Counted from the stretch's first letter, positions 8,255-17,357 are shown. The stretch is DNA of 27,795 nt from a virus (IMGVR_UViG_3300044477_000133:1-27795), one strand, 5' to 3'. Program-made: numbers and translations. The notes: generated by a model not told the origin, from the sequence alone.

Positions 8255-9141
8255 TTGCGTTTAGCGACGAAGAATTTAGTACCGGGCGGGACTATCGTTT
8301 GCTTCGCTAACATGAAGTTCAGCTCGAGAAAGTCTTTCAGATCCATCAACGATTCGCGCGCCAATTGGAGAACCGTCTTGGGTCCCTCGGTAATCGATTG
8401 CGTTATCTCACCGGCTACCTCACGAGGCGGAGCATTCGCCACACGCTCCGAACGTAGGCGTAGTTTCCGCGCGGCTAAACGAACTGAGTTAGCCTTGGGT
8501 CCACCGTTGGAGCCGAGTTTCTCGCAGGCGACCTCGATAGCGTTCGCTCGCTGCGAAACGGCAAGGATGTTGCCTTTTGCCTTATCGCGAGCGGTGTTTA
8601 GCTTGTTGATCGTCGCCGCGATTGCGGTCAATGGATCTGTCGTCGGCAGCGGGTTTCCGCCGTCCCAAGACATTCCCTTGACTTGATTGTCGAGCGCGGT
8701 TGCTTCGGTGAAAAGCGCGGGGAGATTCGGAGGCGCGTCGAGGTCACTACCTTCAACCGGTGTATGCTCGGACCATGTACAATCAACGACGAGCCCGTCT
8801 AGGATCATCGGTGAAAGCTCGTCCTCGTACGAACCGGGGACGCACAGGACAGGGCCCTGTAGAGGCGTGACGAGCGTGCCGGGGGTGCGGTCCCTCATTG
8901 CCTCGTAAAACTCGGGATAGGTCTTAGAAAATAGCTTTTCCCAGTTCTTGAGGCTTTCGTTGAATGGAATCTTCGCGGCCCAAGTTCGAGCCCGCGTGCC
9001 CGTCATATCGAAGTAGTCGCCGCTTCCGTAGCTCACATGCGCGGGGGAACTTTCATGCGCAAAGCGGTGCTTGAGTTCCTTTGCCGGCACCATGATTCCG
9101 CGCCATGACGGAACCGCCAATTTGCGGATATCTGCGGTCAC
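8251..9141 (-). CDS. Tail tube initiator (Mu gpN 'DNA circularisation'-like N-terminus) with C-terminal LysM/gpX-like domain
   Basis: 296 aa directly after the TMP. N-terminal SWRGI, DMTG..R, PGTLVTP..G motifs. The C-terminus KTVLQLA...FLELN...IVPPGTKFFV fits the LysM pattern. Confidence 0.78.
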   Translation of the reverse strand: MTADIRKLAVPSWRGIMVPAKELKHRFAHESSPAHVSYGSGDYFDMTGTRARTWAAKIPFNESLKNWEKLFSKTYPEFYEAMRDRTPGTLVTPLQGPVLCVPGSYEDELSPMILDGLVVDCTWSEHTPVEGSDLDAPPNLPALFTEATALDNQVKGMSWDGGNPLPTTDPLTAIAATINKLNTARDKAKGNILAVSQRANAIEVACEKLGSNGGPKANSVRLAARKLRLRSERVANAPPREVAGEITQSITEGPKTVLQLARESLMDLKDFLELNFMLAKQTIVPPGTKFFVAKRK

Positions 9142-9143
9142 GA

Positions 9144-11426
9144 TTAGCCTTTGACGGGCGATGGAGAATTGCCGCGATTGGGAGTCGCGCCGCCACCGGG
9201 AGAACTGGCGCCGGATGCGAGCTTTTCGGCAGCGTTCTGAAGCATTTTAGCCGCAGTGAGCTGATCTGCCGTGATGCGTTTCTGCATCTCGTCGACACCC
9301 TTATCGGCCTCTTTAGCGGTAGCCGTGTCGAACACACTCCGGAACCAGTCCGGCATTTTCGACATGAATCCACTTTGCGACTCTTTGATCAGATTGACGT
9401 TTGCGCCTGTGTTTTGTGTCAGGGCTTGCAACTGCTTGCCCTTTTCCTCATCGGTGCCTTTTCCGGCTAATATCGCGGATCGCTTCGAGGAGTACTCTTC
9501 CCATGTCTCACTTAGGCGCTGAGTGGCGTTAGCCGAATCCTTGGCGCGAGTGTCACCGCCAAGGTCTAAAAGGCCTGCGGTGACCGAGTAAGCGGCAGCG
9601 CCGACCCCTACAGCCGCAAGCCCGGCACCAAGTTTACCCATGCCGTTCATGCCGCTGAGCGCAGGGCTAGGCGCTGAACCTTGCCCCGTGAGCATACCGC
9701 GAATAATCGAACCGATCTTCGCGCGCGCTAACTCGTTCAGGAGAGACGCGCTAATCAACGCGGAAAACCCGCCAAACGGATTCGCCGCCAGCCAGCTAGC
9801 AACCGCAGCCGCTTTACTCACGATATCCGCAAGTGGCTTTGCTAATTCCGAGAAACTATGTATCAAACCGGGCATTACCGGAAGCAGTTCGGTAGCGAGT
9901 GAAGTGTTCATTTTCTTCATCGCTTCATCAAGCTGCGCCGTGGTGCCGGTGAGGGCCGCTTCTGCGCGTAAAGCCTGGTCTTTTTCGGTCAATGCCGCCT
10001 TGTCGAACTTGTCGAATTCGGCGTCGATCGCGGCGCGTCCCGCTTTGCCTTTTGCTTGACGCTTCTCAGGAGCAAGCGCCGCGTTAGCCGCTTCCGCTTC
10101 GGTGTATTTCTGTGCGAAAGCGTCGGTCATTTTCTTCGAGCGCATCCCGAAGATTTCACCGAGCATCGTCTGCGATCCGCCGGTTGCCTGAATAGCGTCA
10201 CCGACCAGCTCGCGAATGCCGCGCATTTGCGTGTTTTTACCGGGGCCGACGCCTGGGTCCGTGAATGCTGAGATTCTTTTACCGTTGAGTTTTAGCTCAC
10301 CGAACTTGTCAGCGTGCGTCGAAAGGTCGTCAGCGAAACGGATCGCTGCTTCGGTGGCCTCCGCTGCATCGGTCGCGCCGAATCCGGCGGCAACCTGAGC
10401 GAGCGAGCCCATGCTTTTCATGTTCTCGATGCGCGTGCCCTTGAAGCGCATCGCGCCGGAAGTAAGCCGGTTGCCGTACTGGGCAAGGTCCTTGATTTCG
10501 ACGGCGCCGACGTTGCCTTGACCGGCGAAAGTGCGCACGGTTTCAAGCGTCTGCTTTAGCGCTTCATCCTCGGACATTTCCGGGGTTTTGATCTTTTGGT
10601 AGGTGCCGCCGGCAACCTTCGAAAGCGATGCAAGGTCGACGTCAGTGGCCAGCGCAATCTCATTGAGTTGTTGCTGTGCGCGTAAGCCGACCGCGTAGCT
10701 TCCGGAGATGCCGCCGAACTCGCGAGCACCGGTAATCAGATCGCTAGACGTCGCGCCCTTGATTGAGTCAACTTGCTTCGTAATCGCTTCGGCGCGCTTC
10801 TTGATTTGCTCGGGAGTCTCGTCCGGTTTCGCCATTTGATTAGCAAGACCAAGGGAGGACTTTTCGACTTTCATGCCCTCGTGCAAGGCATTCGTCGCAA
10901 GCATCACGCCGCCAATCCCGGCGACCATTGAGGCGCCGGAAGCGATGTTCGACACGCGCCGGACGGTGCCGCTGGTAACGCTGCGAGTCGTATTGTAGAG
11001 GCTCGCGCGGTGCCGGGCTGTTTGACGCTCCTCGTCGCGTTCACGGCGGGCAACGTCACGGAAGTGTTGCTCCTTTAGTCGCGCTTGCTTTTGCGACCAC
11101 TGCTCCTCGATACGCGCGCGTTCCTTCGCTTCACGATCGGTGATCTTGGTCTTCTCGCGCTCTGCTTTGTTGTGCTCTTTTTCGGCAGACCTGGCGGCTA
11201 ATTTGTCGGCCTTTTCAGCCGCCTTGAGCCGCGCAGTCTCGGCCTTTTCCGCCTCGCGAACGCTAGCGTTTGAGTTCGCCGCGCCTGCGGAAGTTTGCCG
11301 CGCCCGAGTCTGCGCCCGTAACGTGCGATTGTTCTCTTTTTCCGCGTGAGACGCGACGCTCGACATTGAGCGCTTAATGTCCGCTTCACCAGCGATCTGA
11401 TATTCGTATCGAATAAATACGGGCAT
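9144..11426 (-). CDS. Tail tape measure protein
   Basis: 760 aa, Ala/Gly-rich and helical, with a charged coiled-coil N-terminus, G..GAVEIKDLAQY core motif and hydrophobic segments. Between chaperone and baseplate genes. Confidence 0.92.
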   Translation of the reverse strand: MPVFIRYEYQIAGEADIKRSMSSVASHAEKENNRTLRAQTRARQTSAGAANSNASVREAEKAETARLKAAEKADKLAARSAEKEHNKAEREKTKITDREAKERARIEEQWSQKQARLKEQHFRDVARRERDEERQTARHRASLYNTTRSVTSGTVRRVSNIASGASMVAGIGGVMLATNALHEGMKVEKSSLGLANQMAKPDETPEQIKKRAEAITKQVDSIKGATSSDLITGAREFGGISGSYAVGLRAQQQLNEIALATDVDLASLSKVAGGTYQKIKTPEMSEDEALKQTLETVRTFAGQGNVGAVEIKDLAQYGNRLTSGAMRFKGTRIENMKSMGSLAQVAAGFGATDAAEATEAAIRFADDLSTHADKFGELKLNGKRISAFTDPGVGPGKNTQMRGIRELVGDAIQATGGSQTMLGEIFGMRSKKMTDAFAQKYTEAEAANAALAPEKRQAKGKAGRAAIDAEFDKFDKAALTEKDQALRAEAALTGTTAQLDEAMKKMNTSLATELLPVMPGLIHSFSELAKPLADIVSKAAAVASWLAANPFGGFSALISASLLNELARAKIGSIIRGMLTGQGSAPSPALSGMNGMGKLGAGLAAVGVGAAAYSVTAGLLDLGGDTRAKDSANATQRLSETWEEYSSKRSAILAGKGTDEEKGKQLQALTQNTGANVNLIKESQSGFMSKMPDWFRSVFDTATAKEADKGVDEMQKRITADQLTAAKMLQNAAEKLASGASSPGGGATPNRGNSPSPVKG

Positions 11427-11440
11427 TGCGGACTTTTAAG

Positions 11441-11495
11441 AAAAAAACGCCCCTCACACGCCAAGGAACGGGGCGGAGCCGTGGCGCGGAGGGGC
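11441..11495 (-). terminator. Intrinsic terminator-like hairpin directly upstream of the tape measure gene
   Basis: Minus strand GCCCCTC-CGCGCCA...TGGCGTG-T-GAGGGGC followed by G and T7. Confidence 0.6.
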
Positions 11496-11504
11496 AGAGT
11501 CTGA

Positions 11505-12332
11505 TTAGTTGCCCCCGGTCATTCTGCGTGCTGCTTCGCGCGCTTTTTCCGGGTCAATTGTAGGGATAGAGTTCTCTAGCTGCGAGCCAGAGGAGATAAT
11601 GTCCGGTTCCGACGTCGACAGGTTCGACCCCGAAGAACTTAGCAAGCTCAAGTACTGGGGGTCCAGGATCGGGAACCCATACGATTCGAGCCTGTCCAGG
11701 AGCTTGAACACGGAAAGGAGTAACTCCCCCAAGTCTGCCGAGGCCAAGGACGCTAAAGGGCCAAGGGCCCACATGCCTCGCTTTACCTTACTTAGCCAGA
11801 GTTTTATGGTGATCGGGTCTTCGTCGAGAACGTGGTCTCGTGCGCCCTTGGTAATCTCCGTGAATAGGTAACGCTGGAAGAGAATCCCGATCTCGTCACT
11901 CTCGAGTTTATCGAGCATCCATTGAGCTGACTCGAAGATCGAAGGGTAAATCGCAGGACCGTCGCTGTTGATGCGCTCGACGCCTCTGCATGCACGGACG
12001 AGAATCTCGCATGCTAAAAGGTCTTCGTACTGCTGATTGACGTCATTCGCTGCCATGTCGTCAGCGGTTGGCGCGTGGCCGTAATCAGCTTTGAATTGCG
12101 CGCGAACTGCGTTTCCGGCTGCCCTTTTCGCGGCAACCTTTTCGCGCGCCTTCAAGATACACATTCGTATCTTCTGAATTGGCTTCCCGTTGCGGCCAAG
12201 CATAACTTGGCTACGCACCGGAAAGTCAACGTCGTCGTCGCTGTTTGGATCTCGCGACGCAAGCATCAACACCAGTTCCTCTGGTGGTAACTCTTCGTCG
12301 GATGGTGGTGCCCCGTATTTATTCACGTCCAC
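11505..12332 (-). CDS. Tail assembly chaperone (gpG-like, unshifted product)
   Basis: 275 aa between tube and TMP, acidic/helical, with a Ser-rich tail after ...GPL. GTG start; the second GTG 6 nt downstream has better spacing to GGAG. Confidence 0.8.
   Translation of the reverse strand: MDVNKYGAPPSDEELPPEELVLMLASRDPNSDDDVDFPVRSQVMLGRNGKPIQKIRMCILKAREKVAAKRAAGNAVRAQFKADYGHAPTADDMAANDVNQQYEDLLACEILVRACRGVERINSDGPAIYPSIFESAQWMLDKLESDEIGILFQRYLFTEITKGARDHVLDEDPITIKLWLSKVKRGMWALGPLASLASADLGELLLSVFKLLDRLESYGFPILDPQYLSLLSSSGSNLSTSEPDIISSGSQLENSIPTIDPEKAREAARRMTGGN
11554..11760 (-). CDS. -1 frameshift extension of the tail chaperone (gpT-like)
   Basis: The -1 frame is open for 66 codons after the heptamer C CCT TTA and ends ...VLELAKFFGVEPVDVGTGHYLLWLAARELYPYN. 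Confidence 0.65.
   Translation of the reverse strand, partial: PFSVLGLGRLGGVTPFRVQAPGQARIVWVPDPGPPVLELAKFFGVEPVDVGTGHYLLWLAARELYPYN
11754..11760 (-). other. Programmed -1 ribosomal frameshift slippery site CCCTTTA
   Basis: X XXY YYZ heptamer in the correct phase (GGC CCT TTA = G-P-L) inside the tail chaperone gene. Confidence 0.75.
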
Positions 12333-12375
12333 TACTCCAATTGTTAACCCACGGTTTGGGTTTTATTGCCTAGAA

Positions 12376-12747
12376 TCAGCTAATTGCCGAACGCTCACCG
12401 ACCCAGGTCGCGCTACCTGAAGTGCTATCCTTCATCGACATCGAGAGCTTATCGGTCGTAAACTCGCCTTCGCCAACGTACGAAAGCGGACCAACACCGA
12501 TTTGAATCGTGTGTCGACCAGGCTTACAACACATCTCTTGAACGTTCACTTCGTATCCACCGGCAGGAATTGCGTAATCAAACGTTACGGTGCACTTGCC
12601 AGGGCCAGGTGTAAACCCCGCGAAACCATTATCGATTGTGTAGACCTCGATTTTGCCACCGTCGGTCTCCATGCTAATCGACGTAGCTTGCGAGCAACGA
12701 ATACCGTCGATCTCGATCCACAGCCGAGCATAATCTTGCATTGCCAT
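12376..12747 (-). CDS. Tail tube protein
   Basis: 123 aa beta-rich protein directly after the sheath gene. GFAGFTPGP motif and AGGAG RBS upstream. Confidence 0.8.
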   Translation of the reverse strand: MAMQDYARLWIEIDGIRCSQATSISMETDGGKIEVYTIDNGFAGFTPGPGKCTVTFDYAIPAGGYEVNVQEMCCKPGRHTIQIGVGPLSYVGEGEFTTDKLSMSMKDSTSGSATWVGERSAIS

Positions 12748-12765
12748 TTGTGTGTGCTCCTATGT

Positions 12766-14313
12766 TCAGCCGGGAGTGACTTCGTTAACGACGATTCCGC
12801 CTTGTGAGGCGTGGTCGATCGTGCGGTATTCGACGGAGCAAAGAACGCGCTCCACGTTGTCGGTGCTTCGAACGACTTGCAGCGTCGAAAGCATCGTATC
12901 GAGTTCTTGCGCCTGCCCAGCGTTGACGAGGTTTTCCAGTTCCTTCGCGCAATACTTTTTCAGCGTGCGCGGGTAGGTTACCTTCGGCGGGACCGTGTTG
13001 TTGTAGACGGGCCGCCCCTTGTCGTCGACGGGATCGCTTGCGAGCTTTTTGCCCTGCATATTGAGGGTCAAGGTGCGTTGCAGCTTGTCGCCGGCATCGT
13101 CTGCGCCTGACACACGATGACGCTTGTAAGCGCGATAGTCCGTATAGGTACCGGTCGCGTCTTTGATACGCGTTGTGGTCGCGTCGACGATGTAACCGCG
13201 ACCATCCGCATTGACCGCGAGAGGCATAACACCACCAAGGATCGCGTTATTGATCGTCGTGTCGTCGGGCCATTGCGTTGAATCCGCAACGGGTGTGAGC
13301 AGGAAGTCAGGCCCGGAATATCCACCGAACGGGTAGGTCCGATCCGTCTCTTCGTGCTTAGCAAACAGCGCCGCAACTTGAGCCGCGACCTCGTCGGGGG
13401 CATTACGGAAGCAGGGCGCCCCGACCTCGTGGAGGCGTTCGTAATTCTTCGCGAGCGCCAACGTGGAAGCCGCAGAATAGGCGCCGTTGTGCGCTAGGAT
13501 TGCGGTCCCGCGCTTGCCAGCTAACGGAAGGGCCTGGTTACCCAGGAACGACGCCAGCGCGGTCAAAGCAGCGGAGTCGCCGCCAAGGTCGTTGACGATG
13601 TTGTAGACCCAAACGCCGGAGTTCGCAGCGAGTGCAGCGGCGAGGTTCGTTGCTTCCGCCGTGGAACCTTCAACGCCGGGAGTCGTTGCGCCAAGGTCAC
13701 CCGGAAGGGTGATCGTGATACCGACGCCTGGCGCGTTAGTCGTGAGTTTGACCGGCTTGTAGCTTGCCGTTCCGCCCCGGGTTCCCGCGTGGGGATAGGT
13801 CAGGATGACGCTCGTGGTCGAACCGGACGCGACAATGATGCCGTTTGCAGCGAGAGCCGCCCGCATGTTACCGGCGACTGTTGCCGGAGTGTCCCCGGTG
13901 CTGATCAAAACCGACGTGTCGATGTCAGCGGTTCCGAGCGTCCAGACCGACGTCCCCGTAGCGGTCGTGCCGCCAACGGTAATCGTCGTTGACGCTGCCG
14001 CAGCAGATCCGCCAGACGTTTCCGCGTAGCAGACGATACCAATTCGCGAGCCCTTATTGACGCGATTGGCAAACTTCCAGGCGCGAGCGGCCGCAGAAAT
14101 CTTACCTGCGCCGGCTTCAACTTCGGAAGCGTCACGAGGCCAATAAAGGCGGTTCGCGGTGTAGGTGCCCGTCGATAACTTCGGGCCAAAAATCACCGTT
14201 GGGCGATCTTTTGACGTGCCAGCGATTGGACCCGCAGCGTTCGACACTTGGACGAACACACCAGGCTTGCGCCAATTCGGCGTAAGACCGGTAAGTGCAA
14301 TTGCGTCGGTCAT
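12766..14313 (-). CDS. Contractile tail sheath protein (Mu gpL-like)
   Basis: 515 aa. N-terminal WRKPGVFVQV, GDTPATVA, INNAILGGVMPL...IVDATTT, LQVVRSTDNVERV. Confidence 0.9.
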   Translation of the reverse strand: MTDAIALTGLTPNWRKPGVFVQVSNAAGPIAGTSKDRPTVIFGPKLSTGTYTANRLYWPRDASEVEAGAGKISAAARAWKFANRVNKGSRIGIVCYAETSGGSAAAASTTITVGGTTATGTSVWTLGTADIDTSVLISTGDTPATVAGNMRAALAANGIIVASGSTTSVILTYPHAGTRGGTASYKPVKLTTNAPGVGITITLPGDLGATTPGVEGSTAEATNLAAALAANSGVWVYNIVNDLGGDSAALTALASFLGNQALPLAGKRGTAILAHNGAYSAASTLALAKNYERLHEVGAPCFRNAPDEVAAQVAALFAKHEETDRTYPFGGYSGPDFLLTPVADSTQWPDDTTINNAILGGVMPLAVNADGRGYIVDATTTRIKDATGTYTDYRAYKRHRVSGADDAGDKLQRTLTLNMQGKKLASDPVDDKGRPVYNNTVPPKVTYPRTLKKYCAKELENLVNAGQAQELDTMLSTLQVVRSTDNVERVLCSVEYRTIDHASQGGIVVNEVTPG

Positions 14314-14582
14314 TAGTTACCGCCTTTTTTTGCGGACTGGAATGGAATCCCGAGAGCGTTGTGTGCAGCTTCGTCGACAGGCACAAAGCACCCATCGCGA
14401 CGCGCCGCATTGAGTAACCATTGACCGTTCGCTGTGGCGTCGTCGATGGCGAATTCTTCGGGTGTTGCCGTGCCGTTTTCGTCGACAGACAGACCGAGGT
14501 ATTGGGGTTTCTGTCCCAAATAGTACGAGTTTGGCTTCGGCACCCGGTGGTCCGGGTGACCTTTGAATTTGAGTTGTGTCAT
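14313..14582 (-). CDS. Small pre-sheath hypothetical protein
   Basis: Likely start ATG 14582 (GAGAGG RBS) within ORF 14313..14612. TAATG overlap with the sheath gene. Confidence 0.7.
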   Translation of the reverse strand: MTQLKFKGHPDHRVPKPNSYYLGQKPQYLGLSVDENGTATPEEFAIDDATANGQWLLNAARRDGCFVPVDEAAHNALGIPFQSAKKGGN

Positions 14583-14589
14583 GGACCTC

Positions 14590-15084
14590 TCAGGCGACGC
14601 GCTGAAGCTCACGCTCGATCGTCGCGATATTTTTCGAATGGTCTTCGCCTACGAATGGCGCGGATCGCCCGTAGATTGCAGCGTGACCGATGAACTTCGG
14701 TTTGATGCCGGGATGCATTACGCCCTTAGAAAAGAAGCGCTTGCCGCTTACACCGAAGCTCCCGCCAACGGTCCACGAGAGCGCCTTCTTACGCCGTGGA
14801 ACAATCGGATACTTCGCGCGCTTCGGGCCCCATAAACCGGTACCATCTTCAACGAAAAGCGAGTGTTTGGTCTTGTTTCCAAGCTCGCCGCGAACCGTGC
14901 CACCGGTACGCCAACACCTGTGAAACCACCCGGCGCGCATTTGATACGTCTTGCCGGGAGTGTTGATCTTCGCGACCATCTCCGCGCGGGCACCGATCGC
15001 CTGTGCCGCCATCCATTCCGCGCGCTGTATCTTCGTGAACAGCTCGTGGTGCTGTTGGCGCAGAGCGGTTACGTCGAAGGGCAT
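14590..15084 (-). CDS. HK97 gp10-like tail completion/neck protein
   Basis: 164 aa, basic. Motifs SLFVEDGTG, IVPRRKKALSW, VMHPGIKPKF. Confidence 0.8.
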   Translation of the reverse strand: MPFDVTALRQQHHELFTKIQRAEWMAAQAIGARAEMVAKINTPGKTYQMRAGWFHRCWRTGGTVRGELGNKTKHSLFVEDGTGLWGPKRAKYPIVPRRKKALSWTVGGSFGVSGKRFFSKGVMHPGIKPKFIGHAAIYGRSAPFVGEDHSKNIATIERELQRVA

Positions 15085-15087
15085 GGC

Positions 15088-15432
15088 CTAAAGCTCGTAA
15101 CTAAGCTCACGCTTTTTGAAGCCGCGCGCGACAATCTTACTGGGCAGAAACTCTTCAAGAGCCCAAGACTCGCCGAACTTCTCACCGATGAGCTTCATCG
15201 CTGGAATGGTTGACTCGTCGATGGTTGAGATGATGCACTCAAGAACGAAGCCATTGTTGACGCTGTGCTCAAAGCGAACCATCTGACTTATGAACGCAGC
15301 GCATGCGCCATAAAGGTCACGGTGAAACTCAACGCGCGCAGCGTCTCGTTCGCTACCGGACTTGAGATTATACTCAGCCTTTAGGCTGCGAATCTTTAGA
15401 ACCGCTCGCGATTTCATCTCGAGTAAAGCCAT
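15088..15432 (-). CDS. Hypothetical protein within the neck region
   Basis: 114 aa ORF fills the gap between neighbours; no recognisable motif. Confidence 0.6.
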   Translation of the reverse strand: MALLEMKSRAVLKIRSLKAEYNLKSGSERDAARVEFHRDLYGACAAFISQMVRFEHSVNNGFVLECIISTIDESTIPAMKLIGEKFGESWALEEFLPSKIVARGFKKRELSYEL

Positions 15433-15447
15433 TGTTTGCCCCGTTTC

Positions 15448-16182
15448 TTACGTCTTGTTCCCGTAATTCACCGTCACGTCCGCACCGGTTGCCGGTGTGC
15501 CGTAACCGTCGTTTGGAGTCGTGTAGGCGCCGCCTTCGAAACCGACTCCGGAGGTGTCACCCTGGAACGTCAAGCGTTCGACCGTTTCAAGCGTCACTGA
15601 GCCGCCGAAGTAGCCCTGTCCCTTGTCCGTCGTAAGCTCTGCACTCACCGCTGGGCCACCGGCTCCGGTCGTGTAAATCTCGCTAAACTGCCCGTGAAAC
15701 TGGTAAGCCCCGTTGTGGTAAGCGTCGTGGTGACCGAGCGTGATGGCGGTGAAAATCGTGTTACGAATCTGAATCCAAAAGTGGCCAATCTTGCGCTGAC
15801 TGGCAGGACTCAAAGGGCCCACTATCCAATCAACAGACCACTTTTGTGTCGACGTGTAGTAGTCGATTGTCTTCTGAGCGTTGACCGGTTCACCCTCGCG
15901 ATAGACCGCCAAAACGGGCCACGTTCGCTTCGTTTGCGTGAGGTTTTGAATGCTCGGAGCGACCGTTAGGAGACTCGAAACGGGACCCGTCGAATCAGTC
16001 AGAAAGTGCTCGTTATCGAGATGAAGAAGAATCGCGCGCCAAGCTGCGCCGCAGTTCGCCTCGATGGCAGCGGAGAGAAGCCCGACGATAGAACTTAGGC
16101 CTGGGTCGTAATTCTCAGCGCAATCCTCGGTCGGAATCAGCGGGAACCGTGAAGCCCCAAAGCTATCGAAGGACGCGGCCAT
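15448..16182 (-). CDS. Putative tail terminator / neck protein
   Basis: 244 aa, acidic, WPVLAVYR motif reminiscent of terminator folds. Neck position, TAATG-coupled. Confidence 0.5.
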   Translation of the reverse strand: MAASFDSFGASRFPLIPTEDCAENYDPGLSSIVGLLSAAIEANCGAAWRAILLHLDNEHFLTDSTGPVSSLLTVAPSIQNLTQTKRTWPVLAVYREGEPVNAQKTIDYYTSTQKWSVDWIVGPLSPASQRKIGHFWIQIRNTIFTAITLGHHDAYHNGAYQFHGQFSEIYTTGAGGPAVSAELTTDKGQGYFGGSVTLETVERLTFQGDTSGVGFEGGAYTTPNDGYGTPATGADVTVNYGNKT

Positions 16183-16625
16183 TATTGCCCAGCTGGTTCA
16201 CACGTAAGGGTCACACGAAGGGCTCGGTCAACGTTGCTGTTGTTGATCCGGTAAAGCATGCCCTTGGGGCACTGCGGACCGGTAACGCGGACGGTTAAAC
16301 CAACGTAGTTGTCCAGACGGTCGCCGTTGAGTTTTGCGCGATCGAAACCGCCGCCGGGGTAGAGTGGGGTAAACGGGCCAATCACGACGGAGCCGGCAGG
16401 GTAGAGGCCAAGAGCGACCTCTTTCTGCGAGGGAAAGCGAACCTTGGGAGGCGCGCCGCCCGAAACCGTGATCGGTAGACTCGTCGTGAACTCGTCACCG
16501 TCACCGTCGCGAGCCCCGGACCACTGCGAGGTCACGAGCTCGACTGTGTGTTCGCGTAGACCGAACTTCGCCGGGAGCGCCCGGTGCTTGTCGGCGATAC
16601 GTCGCCATTTGTCCGCGAGGGCCAC
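16182..16625 (-). CDS. Putative head closure (stopper) protein
   Basis: 147 aa beta-rich protein, C-terminal ...YRI...V...LRVTLT. Positioned after the adaptor. Confidence 0.55.
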   Translation of the reverse strand: MALADKWRRIADKHRALPAKFGLREHTVELVTSQWSGARDGDGDEFTTSLPITVSGGAPPKVRFPSQKEVALGLYPAGSVVIGPFTPLYPGGGFDRAKLNGDRLDNYVGLTVRVTGPQCPKGMLYRINNSNVDRALRVTLTCEPAGQ

Positions 16626-16867
16626 TAATCATTCCAATGTGACGTTAGGCGATGCAAAAGTAGCGACGCGCCCGCAACTAGATCGCGAAGGCCAGTTCGA
16701 TTGCTATCGTTGCAACACTCAGTGTGAGTGTTATCGCGGTTATCGTTCCACACGATGGCGAAACCGAGCATTTTGCCGCTTTTCGCGGACTCAAGCAGCT
16801 CGGTAAGCGCCGTCGTGCAATTAGCGGACGGGACCACACAGTCGATCTTTTTGAGCTCTGCCGCCAT
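16625..16867 (-). CDS. Small hypothetical protein
   Basis: 80 aa, ALTELLESAKSGKMLGFAIVW. The stop overlaps the next start. Confidence 0.6.
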   Translation of the reverse strand: MAAELKKIDCVVPSANCTTALTELLESAKSGKMLGFAIVWNDNRDNTHTECCNDSNRTGLRDLVAGASLLLHRLTSHWND

Positions 16868-16929
16868 GGTTGCCGTCTTTCAGTAGTCGCTAAGCCCGCC
16901 GGAGGGAGAAAACGGACTTAGCTGGGGAG

Positions 16930-17352
16930 TTAACCGAATTTCATCTCGAAGGCACACGGCGCGTTTCCGCTGATTCCACCAGACCACCAGTCGCCAGGGA
17001 AACCACCGGTACCGTAGTAGTCGGAATGAATATTCACGCCGAAAAAACTCGAAATTCTTCCGATGTGAACGCGACCCAGTGACTTCGCTCGAACCTCTAA
17101 ACTTGCAGCGGTTCCGCTTTGAAATTCAATTTCGTCGACCTTTTTTAGGCCTATTGAATCGAACGCATCTCCGCCAGTTCGAATAGCCGTGTCGATCTCA
17201 AGAATAGCCGCAAGCTCACCACGAATATAAGTCTCACCGTCGGAATCAACCTGAACGAGAGCCGATTCAAGGCGCACGTTCTTGTACCGAAACGCGTTCG
17301 GGTATCCAAGAACGGAACGGATTCGAATCAGCTCTGCGTTGGTAAATGCCAT
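16930..17352 (-). CDS. Putative head-tail adaptor
   Basis: 140 aa. MAFT.AE...IRSVLGY helical N-terminus and KKVDEIEF hairpin. Follows the capsid genes. Confidence 0.65.
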   Translation of the reverse strand: MAFTNAELIRIRSVLGYPNAFRYKNVRLESALVQVDSDGETYIRGELAAILEIDTAIRTGGDAFDSIGLKKVDEIEFQSGTAASLEVRAKSLGRVHIGRISSFFGVNIHSDYYGTGGFPGDWWSGGISGNAPCAFEMKFG

Positions 17353-17357
17353 GGCGA

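Noticed and set aside
12343-12365. Small AACCCA/TGGGTT hairpin between tube and chaperone genes
   Set aside because: It is only 6 bp with no U-tract and could arise by chance.
3871-14313. Stand-alone tailocin / extracellular contractile injection system
   Set aside because: Intact terminase, portal, scaffold and capsid genes are in the same operon, so this is a complete phage morphogenesis module.
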